Shown here: piece after piece, positions 25,067 to 35,039 of the stretch
Layout: every line of letters starts with the position of its first letter
Position numbering within the stretch: position 1 is the first letter of the stretch
DNA from: Fonticula alba ATCC 38817
Taxonomy: Eukaryota > Protista > Nucleariida
Length of the DNA: 63,846 nt
Strand: one strand, 5' to 3'
Assembly (NCBI GenBank): GCA_000388065.2
Contig: KB932201.1
Notes under the pieces: model-generated
The model's database searches: none
What the model saw: the letters and a program-made list of their open reading frames with translations, nothing else
Told to the model about the DNA's origin: nothing
Program-made: the position numbers and the translations under genes

Positions 25067-26300
25067 TCACATGATATTCATCTCGGACACCTCCAGCCGG
25101 ATGCTGTGGGCATCGGCGAGGATCTGCTCCATGTCCAAGTGTGGCAGGCATCGAAGGAAGCTCAGGAGCTCATGCCGATCGAGCTCGTCCAGCTCGTCCT
25201 GGAACTGCCGGAGGATGGCCACACACACATACGGATGGAGGGACACCCCCTCGGGCGAGGCGAAGTAGCTGTCCCACAGGCGCAAGAGGCTGGCCAGGGG
25301 CAGTTCCCCAGCAAGCAGGTGGCTCAGCCACCCGGCGGCCCAGGCTCGCGAGTCGATTTCCACCTCGTCAAACAGGGCATACAGGTCTGGCAGGACCACG
25401 CGTAGGAGCAGGATGAAGCGCGACAGGTTGGCCTGTGCCGGATGGATGGAGGAAGTCCGGGCGCCGTTGCTGTTGTTGGTGTTGCTGCTGCTGCTGCTGG
25501 CACTATGTTCGCCACTGCTGGCGGTGCAGCCGTCACCTTGGCAAGGAGACACATCGCCAGCATCGCCAGTGTCGTCTGGTGGAAGTGGCAGCAGAGACGA
25601 TGGCGGTGGCGATGGCGGCCCAGCGTGAGTGGTGTTGAGTCGCTTTAGGGACAGCACCAAATCCGAGATGGAGGGAGTTGGGGTGCCAGGCGGACCAGCG
25701 GCCAATGGGGCCACCGACGAGTCGGAATAGCCCCCGGGGATGGCCAGCGCGGCGGGCATTCCGCGAGAAAAAACATGAAGATCCCGAACCTCCGGCCGGC
25801 ACATTAGCTGCTCAAAGCAGCAGTACACATCGACTTCGGCCTCCTGTGTGGCCAGGAAGGGCGTGCAAATGAGCACCAGGCTGGCGGAATAGACGATGTC
25901 GGGATTGTTCAGGAGGTAGGTGCTGGCGGGGTGGCAGGGGGGTCAGCCCATGGCCGGAGACGTCGCCAGGACAGGAGGGAGAGGGGGGCAAGTGGAGTCG
26001 CGGCGCACCTGAGCACCCTTTCGAGCAGGAAGGCCACCGGCTCGATGACCGTCTGCAAGGGGAGGCAAGATTGCAGGTGGGTGCGAATCTACGATGGCCA
26101 CCGGCCCGCCGGTGCAGCGAGCGAACGAAGCCGAGAGCAGGAGGGGTTAGACCATGGGGCGGGGAGAGGCCGAAGGGAGGGGCCAAGACCCGTTGGACAT
26201 ACATCTCTCCGCATGCGAGGCACAACCAGCGGATCGGCCAGCTGCTTGGGAAGCAGCTGGTACAGGTACTGTCTACCGACGGCAGAGGCAAGCTCACGGG

Positions 26301-26348
<48 letters not shown>

Positions 26349-26639
26349 GGGGGGGGGGAACGCAGCCGAGGGGCGCAGGTCAGCAACAGCGGGAAAGTGT
26401 GCCACAAGCCGGGGCCGGGAATTGAGAGAGGAGAGACCAGGAGACAGAGGGAGGGGGGAGGGGGCAGAAAGGGATGTGAGCGCACACTTGTCCGGATTTT
26501 GCACATGGAGCAGATAGCGCCAGACCTCGCCACGCGCATCAGATGGCAAACCATGTAGGGCCATGTCCGAGAGAAGTTCTAGTGAGACGGCCACCTCGTG
26601 GCTGAGAGCGTCACGAACATCCTCAAGGGTGCTGGCCAT
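25067..26639 (-). CDS. TBC (Rab-GAP) domain protein; exons 26639-26486, 26300-26203, 26088 (or 26052)-26009, 25922-25067 (about 395 aa)
   Basis: LSDMALHGLPSDARGEVWRYLL (TBC motif A) and C-terminal LPDLYALFDEVEID..AWAAGWL..LLA.ELP...LLRLWDSYF..P.G..LHPYVCVAIL typical of TBC domains; splice sites frame-consistent. Confidence 0.87.
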
Positions 26640-26697
26640 GATGCATGGGCGAGCTGAAGGCGAGGAGGGGAGGTCGGGGGAGCGCGGGAGAGGGGAA

Positions 26698-26760
<63 letters not shown>
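26698..26760. repeat. 63-nt poly(G) tract (poly-C on the sense strand of both flanking genes)
   Basis: Direct reading; lies in the 240-bp gap between the stop at 26879 and the ATG at 26639. Confidence 0.9.
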
Positions 26761-26763
<3 letters not shown>

Positions 26764-26878
26764 TCGTGCAATGGCCGACTTCCTCCCCGGGGAACATGGC
26801 CAGCAACTTGCCGCTCCCAGATCAGCCGAGAGAAAAACACAAGGAAGGTGCCAACGCAGGGAGGGTGGGATGTATTTT

Positions 26879-29309
26879 TTACATGATCGAGCACCCCTCA
26901 TCGGCGGGCGTGGACGCCGGGGCCGAGGCGCTTCCACGGCCAGCTTGCAACTGGGTGAGCTGGTGGTGAAGGAGGGCAGCCTTGTGGAAGAGGCGGCCTA
27001 CGCGCGAACGCGCCAGCGACGCGTCCAGCAGGAGGACGAGGGTGAGGGCGGAGCCGATGGCAGTGGGAGGGGGGGAGGGGGGGGGGGGAGCAAGAGAGGA
27101 GGTCAAAGCCGAAGTCAGACATATGAGCCGAGCGCGGAGGGCAGGGGGGGAATCCTCACACGATCGGATGGCTCCATGGGAGGGGCGATCTCGCACCATT
27201 TTCATCGGCCAGGCCTCGGCGCATGGACGTCTCATCATGCAGAGCACACCCGGCAGCTGACAGGAGCCAAAAGAGTTCCTGGATGGTTTCGGTGATGGCA
27301 CGCCAGTTGACCGTCGTGGCCCCGGGCAGGGGAGGCGCCCCGGTGGTGGTCATGCGCCGGCGGTCGCGTGCGGTCGCCGTGCCGGACCGACTGCGCGAGG
27401 ACATGGACCGAGCTCGAGCGTTGACGGTGGCCAGACTTGGCGATGCGCCAGGGGGCGAAAGGAGCCCGTTCGGATCGGAAACCGGCGGAGACCGGCCCGG
27501 GGTCGACGCACCGGATCCCAGATCGGTCGCATCAGGCATCAGGCCCGGGGACGGCCGCGCGGAGGATCCAGCCGAGGATGAAGACCCGGTCGCCGCTTCG
27601 AAGATGGAGTCCAAGTTCTCGGCCGAGAAGAGGTGATCCTCGGAGATGGCGGACGCTTGGACCCCAGGCAGCATGGCCGTCAGGGCGCTCAGGCGAGCCG
27701 AGGCAGCCAGCAGAAGCTGCTCCGACCGGGAGGAGGAGCCGACAGTGGTCGGCTGGGAGTAAAGAATCTCAAAGAGGGACAGCCGGCCCTGGACCGAAAG
27801 CGGGTGCGGCTGGGTGGCCGGGGTGACCGGGGCCGCGGCCGCCGCCGGGTCCGGTGTTTGAGTGGAAAAGAGAAGCTCACGCTTCATGGGGGTCAGGTGC
27901 TGCGAGGCCGAGTAGTCAGCCTCGTGGTCGGATGCCGGGCGCCGAGGGGATTCCGGGCTGCTCGGGGGATCCTCCTGGCTCCGGTTGGGAGCCTTGTCTT
28001 GGTTGGTCGGAAGCAGGTCTGGGGCCGGGGCCGGGGCCGGGGCCGGGGCCGGGGTCGACACCAAACTCGAAGATGAATCGGAGCCGCTGGCAGGGCCCGG
28101 GACAGGGGCCGAAAGTCCCGGGGCCGGGACAGCGGCCGGCGTGGAGAACGGCAACATAGACCCGGCGCGCGAGCGCACTGCCGTTGCTTGATCCGCCAAC
28201 AAAGGGCCATCCAGGTCGACCAGGTCGGCCACCAGCTGAACTGGCTGCACGGGGCCCAGGCCACACAGGCACGGGCACTGGCAGGCATCAGATCGAACGG
28301 GCGCGCCCAGGAGCCGGGCAAGGGCCTCGGTGGTCAGTGGCTCGTGTGGCAAATCCGGTGGCGCAAACAGCACAGCCGTGAGCAGGGACTGGATGTCGGG
28401 GTGCATGGTGGTTTTGCCTCGGGTTAGAGAACGAACAAGGTTGCAGAAGGAAGCCCCTCGCCCCTGCCGCCCCTCCCCCCCCTCTCTCCTCTCACGACGG
28501 GGGGGGGGGAGGGACGTCCAACGCACACGAAGATATTCGGATTCAAGTTTGGAGGCACGGTAGGAGCGTGCAAACATGGCCAGGGCCTTCTTTGGCGTCA
28601 GCGGTATCCCCTGCTGCACGATCAGGTTGAAGATCTGTTCCAAAAAGGGGCCAAGGAGGGGGGGGGGATGGCAGTGAGGAGGACAGGCATCGCGGCAAAG
28701 AGGTGAGCAGGGGGAGGGGGGAGGGGAGCAAAAGCATAGAAAGAGGCGGCAGGGAGCACAGGGGGCGCGCACGTCGCTGTCGATGGCCGACAGGTCGAAT
28801 AGCAGCTCCGACGGGTCGACGCCATTGGGGATGCCGATCGGCTGGACATCTGTGAGGAAGGGCAGCGAGTCATTGGAGAGATGGGTGTATGCCCCGCCGG
28901 AGCCCCCAAGACGGCCGGCGCCCGAGCCGAGGGAGGGGCTCATGAGGGGATCGCCGCGGGGGCCGGTCATCGGGCTGGACGTGGCTAGCCCGACGTCGCC
29001 AAGTCGCCCGGCCCCCGGGCCCGGGGGGCCCGGCGAAAAGAGGTCCAAAGGCGATGGCTGGTCGGTCAGATCATTCTCCTCCAGCGCAGAGCGAGCCTTC
29101 TCCAAGAGGTTGACCATGAGCGAGGAAAGCCGCGTGACCGGGTCCTCGGCTGGGCCGGCACCCTGCCCGGACCTCGTTTGCGAGTCCCCCAGCTCGGACT
29201 CCGAGTCGAAGTCCGAGTCCGAGGTGTCGCAGATGTCCTGCAGGGCAAGCTGCAGGTCGGCGCCGTCATCGAGCGGCACGCCGCCGGGGTCGGGGTGGTG
29301 GGGGTCCAT
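26879..29309 (-). CDS. Orphan S/P/G-rich protein ending in a CaaX motif (...ADEGCSIM*); exons 29309-28773, 28634-28527, 28388-27197, 26997-26879 (about 651 aa)
   Basis: Long codon-biased ORF; three GTGCG-type donors with pyrimidine-rich introns; donor AAT G|GTGCGA (27196) joins TAG|GC CGC (26997) in frame to give ...LADENG RLFHKAALLHHQLTQLQ...GCSIM*. Confidence 0.72.
28021..28050 (+). repeat. (GGGGCC)5 hexanucleotide repeat encoding the PAPAPA run on the minus strand
   Basis: Direct reading. Confidence 0.9.
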
Positions 29310-30213
29310 GGCAGGGCGATCGGAGGGCGAGCAGGAGCCGGTGGCAGTCTGGGCGAGGGGGATGGAGGCAGAGGGCTTGGAAGGAGAGAGCGGGAAGGGG
29401 GGGGGGGGGGGGAGTGTGGAATGGTACTTGGCAAGCACTGTGGACGATGGGCCCAGGGAAGAGGCGGCCCAAAGAGAGGCGGCCCGCCAGCCGGCGCGGC
29501 CCTGCTGGTCCCCCCGCCGCCTGGGACCCGTGCCGGAGTCAGGATCGTGTTCCGGGGACAGGGCAACCTCTCCTCCCTGCCAGGAGTGATGAGAGCCAAG
29601 TATCCTGGGCGCCCCTGAGCCGGTCGCCCCCCCACTTGCTGGGAGAAGGAAGATCCCTGCCGGACCCGGGACCTGGACGCCCCGGGACATGGCGCTGGCG
29701 GCGGTCACGGATGGCGCGACGGGGTTTCAGTTCGGTGGGATCTGGTGCCTGTGTGTGGGGGGCATGTGCGGAGCATGTCGATCCGTTGGCTGTCCAGAGC
29801 GGGGCAGGTGTACACTCAGGCGCGTGAATGCGCTTGCGTGGATTACTTGGGCCGAGCCTCTCACCTGGCCGGGCGGGGTGTGGGCATGCGGGACTGGTGC
29901 GGGTCCCGGGGCGGGGGCTGCATGGTGCTGGCAACGGGGGGGGGGGGGGGGGGGGACCGGGACCGCGATACATCACCGGTTTGCTTGCATCTCTGGGGGA
30001 TATCTCCTCACCCTCGCGCACGCTACGCTGCCTGGCCGGACGGACGTGGCTTGCCCGTAGGACTTACGTCGGAAGGGCGAGGGGGAAAAAAAAAGCGAGA
30101 ACATTGCCACCGACGACCGGATTAACTTGCACCCCACTTGCGGACCGCCCTCCTGAGCACGTCCCGCCCTCTTTTCCCCCCTCCCCCCCCCTCTGCACAT
30201 CATTTGCTAGAGG

Positions 30214-30939
30214 ATGTCCACTGACGAGAACGTCTGCGCTGAGGCTGTCGCGCCTGCCGTGGCCGTCGAGGCCGCCGCCGCCGCTGCCCCGCAGAAGCCT
30301 ACTGGCGCCAAGAAGGCCCCCAAGCCCAAGGCTGTGGAGTTGAAGAATGCCAAGGTACACGACACTACTGGCTGCCTTCCTGGTGTTCCCTCTCTGCATT
30401 TGCCTTTCCACTTGCCGTCCATATGAGCGGACACGCACGCACACGCACACGCACACGCACACGCACACGCACACGCACACGCACACGCATATGCACATGT
30501 ACTTCTTTGGTTCCCCCGCTGACAGAGAAGTACCCCACATTCGTCTAGGGCACCCGCGACTTTGGCCCCTTCGAGATGCGCATCCGCGAGAAGGTCTTCC
30601 AGATCATCACCGACACCTACAAGCGCCACGGCGCCGTGCAGATCGACACCCCGGTGTTCGAGCTGAAGGTACACTTGCTGCCTGCCTTCCCTGGAGTCCG
30701 CCCTGGATGGCCGACCCGCGGCTCGCGACTAACCTGCCCATTTTCCGTTCAATTGCCCGACGACAGTCTCTCCTCCTTGGCCAGTATGGCGAGGACTCCA
30801 AGCTGATTTACGATCTGGCGGACCAGGGCGGTGAGATCCTTGCCCTCCGCTATGACCTGACCGTGAGTATCCCACGCCATCTGCCCGTCGCCCTCGCTCC
30901 TCTTTACCATACCCACTCACGATTGTCCCCAACGCAATC

Positions 30940-30971
<32 letters not shown>

Positions 30972-32600
30972 TTCGCGCGCGTTCTGGATCTGTCCTTTGG
31001 CTCCAGGTCCCCTTCGCGCGCTACCTTGCCATGAACCGCAACATCAAGAACATCAAGCGCTTCCAGATCGCTAAGGTCTATCGCCGTGATAACCCCCAGA
31101 TCCAGCGTGGTCGCCTCCGTGAGTTCTACCAGTGTGTGCGTTTGCCCTCTCTCAATCGTGACCCCTCTCTGCCGAGGCCGTGGCTTTCCCTCCTGACCCG
31201 TGCTAAATCCTTCTCCCTTTTCTCAAACGTGTACGCACGCACGCACGCACACAGGACTTCGACATTGCTGGCGACTTCAACGCTCCAATGGTCCCCGATG
31301 CCGAGGTCCTGTCGATTGCCGATGAGGCTCTGCGCAAGCTGGAGCTTGGCCCCTTCACCATCAAGGTCAACCACCGCAAGCTGCTGACCGCCGCCCTCGG
31401 TATGGCCGGTGTGCCGGAGGACCTGCACCACACTGCCTGCTCGTCGATTGACAAGCTGGACAAGCAGTCCAAGGCCGAGGTCCAGAAGGAGCTCGAGCAA
31501 AAGGGTGTCACCGCCGAGGCGGTGCAGAAGTTCTACCTCATGGTGGACACCGTCACCCAGGAGTCCAGCATGCAGGTGGCTCTGGATAAGCTGCGCGACA
31601 TTCTGGCCTCCACCACCGGGGTCGATGCCGAGGCGGCCGCCGCTTGGACTGCTCCCCTGGAGGAGCTGGTCCTGCTGGAGAAGTATCTCCAGGCTCTCGG
31701 TGTGACCAGTGTGCGTTTCCCTGCTGCCCTGTCCCGGTCCCTCGGGTGTTGCTCCTCTTTGGCTTTCTCCGCGCATTCTCTGTCCCTCCCCTTCTTCATC
31801 GGTCCCTGGCCCCTCTTCGTCCTCCGGGCCTTGTTTTCTGACTTGACGTCCCCTCTTTCCCCGCCCCGCCCCCTGTGGCGGCACTCCCCAACTCCACAGG
31901 TCAAGTTCGAGCTCAGCCTCGCTCGTGGTCTGGACTACTACACCGGCCTCATCTTCGAGGCTGTCCTTGAGGGTGCGCATGATGGGGCCCTCTCCGCTGG
32001 AGCTTCACTCGCCCTTTGGCCTCCGTTACTGCTGTTGCCGCGGCTGCTGCTGCCGCGGCTGCTGCTGCTGCTACTGCCCATCTTGCTTGGTTTGCCCCTC
32101 GCCCGGTACTCACCTGACCACCCCATTCCACAGGCGCCCTGGTCGGCTCCATCGCTGGTGGCGGCCGCTATGACAACCTTGTTGGGAAGTTCTCCCCCCG
32201 TAACAACATCCCCTGCGTCGGGTTCAGCCTCGGCGTCGAGCGCATCTTCTCCATCCTCGAGGCCAAGGTCAAGAAGAACGCGGAGGCCGAGCTTGCTGCC
32301 ACCCAGGTCTACGTGATCTCCAACTCGAAGGAGTCCATCACCGATCGGATGGCCATCTCCTCCAAGCTGTGGGCCGCCGGCATCAACACCGAATTCTCTC
32401 ACCGCGCCAACCCCAAGCTGCTGGACCAGTTCGGCCACTGCGAGAAGAATGGCATCCCCCTGGCGGTCATCTACGGCGATGCGGAGAAGGAGAACAAGGT
32501 GATCAAGATCCGCAATGTCAGCACTCGTGTCGAGACCACGGTCCCCTTCGAGGACCTGGTCTCCGAGCTGACCAAGGCCATTCAGTCTCTGGAGCTCTGA
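30214..32600 (+). CDS. HARS1: Histidyl-tRNA synthetase; exons 30214-30354, 30549-30668, 30767-30862, 31007-31135, 31255-31710, 31900-31972, 32134-32600 (493 aa)
   Basis: Hallmark motifs [99 protein letters not shown] and the C-terminal anticodon-binding domain. Confidence 0.97.
30431..30489 (+). repeat. (ACACGC)n hexamer microsatellite in HisRS intron 1
   Basis: Direct reading: acacgc repeated about 9 times. Confidence 0.85.
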
Positions 32601-32865
32601 TCGCCGAGACGCGACGTGACCAGGGTTACCAAGCGCGGGCCCGCGGGCCGCGGCGGGGTGACGATGGCGGCTCGGCCTGGCCCGGTCCGATTTTCGCCTC
32701 CCGTGTATGACAAAAGTGTGTGGAAAGGCGCACACGCGCGGCTTTCCATCTTTGATGAAGCAATATACCCCTTTGTGACCCCCCCCCCCCTCCCCCCGGC
32801 GCCTTCCCTTGGGCTTCCCTTCCGTGTAGACCTCTTCTTGCTGGGCATCCCGCGCTGGCGCGCAT

Positions 32866-32908
<43 letters not shown>

Positions 32909-33224
32909 TGTGCGCAAATGCACACACCAAAGGGACGAAGAACAACCCCTCGCCAGAGGCCGGCGAAAGGGGGAGGGGGGCACAGTTGGCGCCTTGGCGC
33001 TTCAGCCAGCCGGGACTTGGCGGGGGAAACATGGATTCGTTATTGTGAAGGGTACAGGGGAAGGTGGCACGGGCCCCGGCTGAGCGTACACGCGTACACG
33101 CGAACACGCGTGCACAGGGAGCCGGAGCCAGGGGGTCTAGCAAGAAAGGCGGGGCAGCCCGTGGCGGGAGGAACAGGGCAGGAGCCGATGGGAGGGGAGG
33201 AGGAGGAAGGGATGGAGGGTGCTC

Positions 33225-33727
33225 TTACTCCTCGTCCTGAGACAGGGCCTGGGCGCGAGACTCGAGACCAGCCATCTTCTCGAGGTACTTGCCGTAGTAG
33301 TGGTGCTCGGCGGTGGCCCACAGGTAACCGAAGTAACCGATACCGATGGCAGTGGCGGCGAGACGACCGGGCTCTATGCACAGGTGTGCGGGCAGTGGTG
33401 TTAGAAGCATGAATATGCCCGAAGCCGGGGGGGGGGGGGGGGGGGGGGGGACCGTACTGTGGAGGAAGGGCAGGCCAGCGGTGCGGTTGGAGATGACACC
33501 GATGATACCGCCGCAGATGAGACCGGTCACAGTGCCGGTGAGAAGGTTGCTGCAGGCGGCGAACGGCGAGACGCGAGCGAGGGGGACGGGGCGGGACGGG
33601 ATAAAGGAGTAAGTACGGGCCTGTAACTTGCGTGAGCGGCGAAGGCAGGGATCGGCCAGGAGAGCACTTACGTGGGGGTGAAGTTCTGGGGGCCCTTCTC
33701 GAAGAAGTTGACCTTGTTGTTGGACAT
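33225..33727 (-). CDS. NDUFC2: Small two-helix membrane protein, complex I subunit NDUFC2 (B14.5b)-like; exons 33727-33672, 33549-33458, 33373-33225 (98 aa)
   Basis: Spliced product MSNNKVNFFEKGPQNFTPTNLLTGTVTGLICGGIIGVISNRTAGLPFLHKPGRLAATAIGIGYFGYLWATAEHHYYGKYLEKMAGLESRAQALSQDEE; the SN....LP....P pattern between two hydrophobic helices matches plant/fungal NDUFC2 homologues. The gene model is more certain than the identity. Confidence 0.68.
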
Positions 33728-33756
33728 GGTGAAAGGCGGAGGTGTGCGGGGGGGGG

Positions 33757-33852
33757 NNNNNNNNNNNNNNNNNNNNNNNNNNNNNNNNNNNNNNNNNNNN
33801 NNNNNNNNNNNNNNNNNNNNNNNNNNNNNNNNNNNNNNNNNNNNNNNNNNNN
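33757..33852. other. Assembly gap (N run)
   Basis: N bases, preceded by a G run. Confidence 0.99.
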
Positions 33853-35039
33853 GGGAGGGGTACCGGCGCTCGGGGTGGCTAGGGAGATCTGCGCGCTGGC
33901 CGAAGAGTCCCGCCAGTGCCGCCGTCACAAACAGGTGGAGAGCCTTCGGTGAGGCGACGACACCTGCGGGGTCACTCCGGCGCCCCTCTGCCCCCCCCCC
34001 CCTCCGGCACCCAACCGGCCCGCCCCAGTGCCCACCCCCATTCAGTCGCTCCTGCCCCACTCATTCAAGACCACGCCCTCCGGCCTCCGGGTGAGGGCGC
34101 GCGCGCGCGCCCGCGAGAACGCCAAAGGGCGAGCGGGACCGGGGGCCGGGAAGCGGCAGCCCAACCCGCGAACCGCCGGCGCGGGCATTCGGAGCGCACG
34201 GCTGCGGCTTTCAAATGCGCATGTGATGAACTGCAATGCTATTCTGTGATAGCAGCGGTCACGTGTTGAATTAACAGACTCCCCCACAATCGTTCCCATG
34301 CACGCGCGCCGCTTGCGCCCGGCCCCGGGCCCCCGTCTCCACTGGAGGAAGGAAGGCTGGGAAACCGATCTGAGGCGGGGAATTAGGCGTGTTGGCTCAC
34401 TTGGCCGGCCATAGGGAACCGGTGCGCAATCTTGTCGCCGGTCAAGAGCGAACTCGATTGGCCTTGGCCGCGGGGGGCCCTTGCTTGCCAAATGTGCCTG
34501 CCCTGGTCTGCTGTAAAGTCTCTCTCTCTCTCTCTCTCTCTCTCCCTCTCTCGCAGCCCCCCTCCTAGTCCGCCTTCCTGTTCCCGCTCGGGTCCCAAAA
34601 TAGCCAGGATTAATTGGCAAATGGGTCTGTGTCGGTACTCGCGTGTGCGTGCGTGTGCAGGCGCGTGCGTGTGTTTGTGTGGCCCGCCCGGCGGATGGGG
34701 CGTGGACTTGAGAGTCTTGGCTGTGACCGGCCCCGGCAGGGGTCCGGAAGCTCTAAGGGCCACTCGGGCCAGTGCCAATGGCACGGCCCAATTGCCACGC
34801 ACCCTCTGACTCCCCTCGCTTGTGCCTCCCGCCCGACTCTCCCCCTCACCGAGCACTGGCCAGGTGTCCTCTCCCTCTTCCTTGTCCAAGCCCCAACTTC
34901 GGGGACTACACACACCCACAACCCACCCGCCCGCCCGCCCACACACACCCACAACCCACCCGCCCGCCCACACACACAGACGTGCGCGCAACCGGAGGGC
35001 GATACGCGAGCTCCTCTTGTGAATTCTGCTTTGGGCGCC

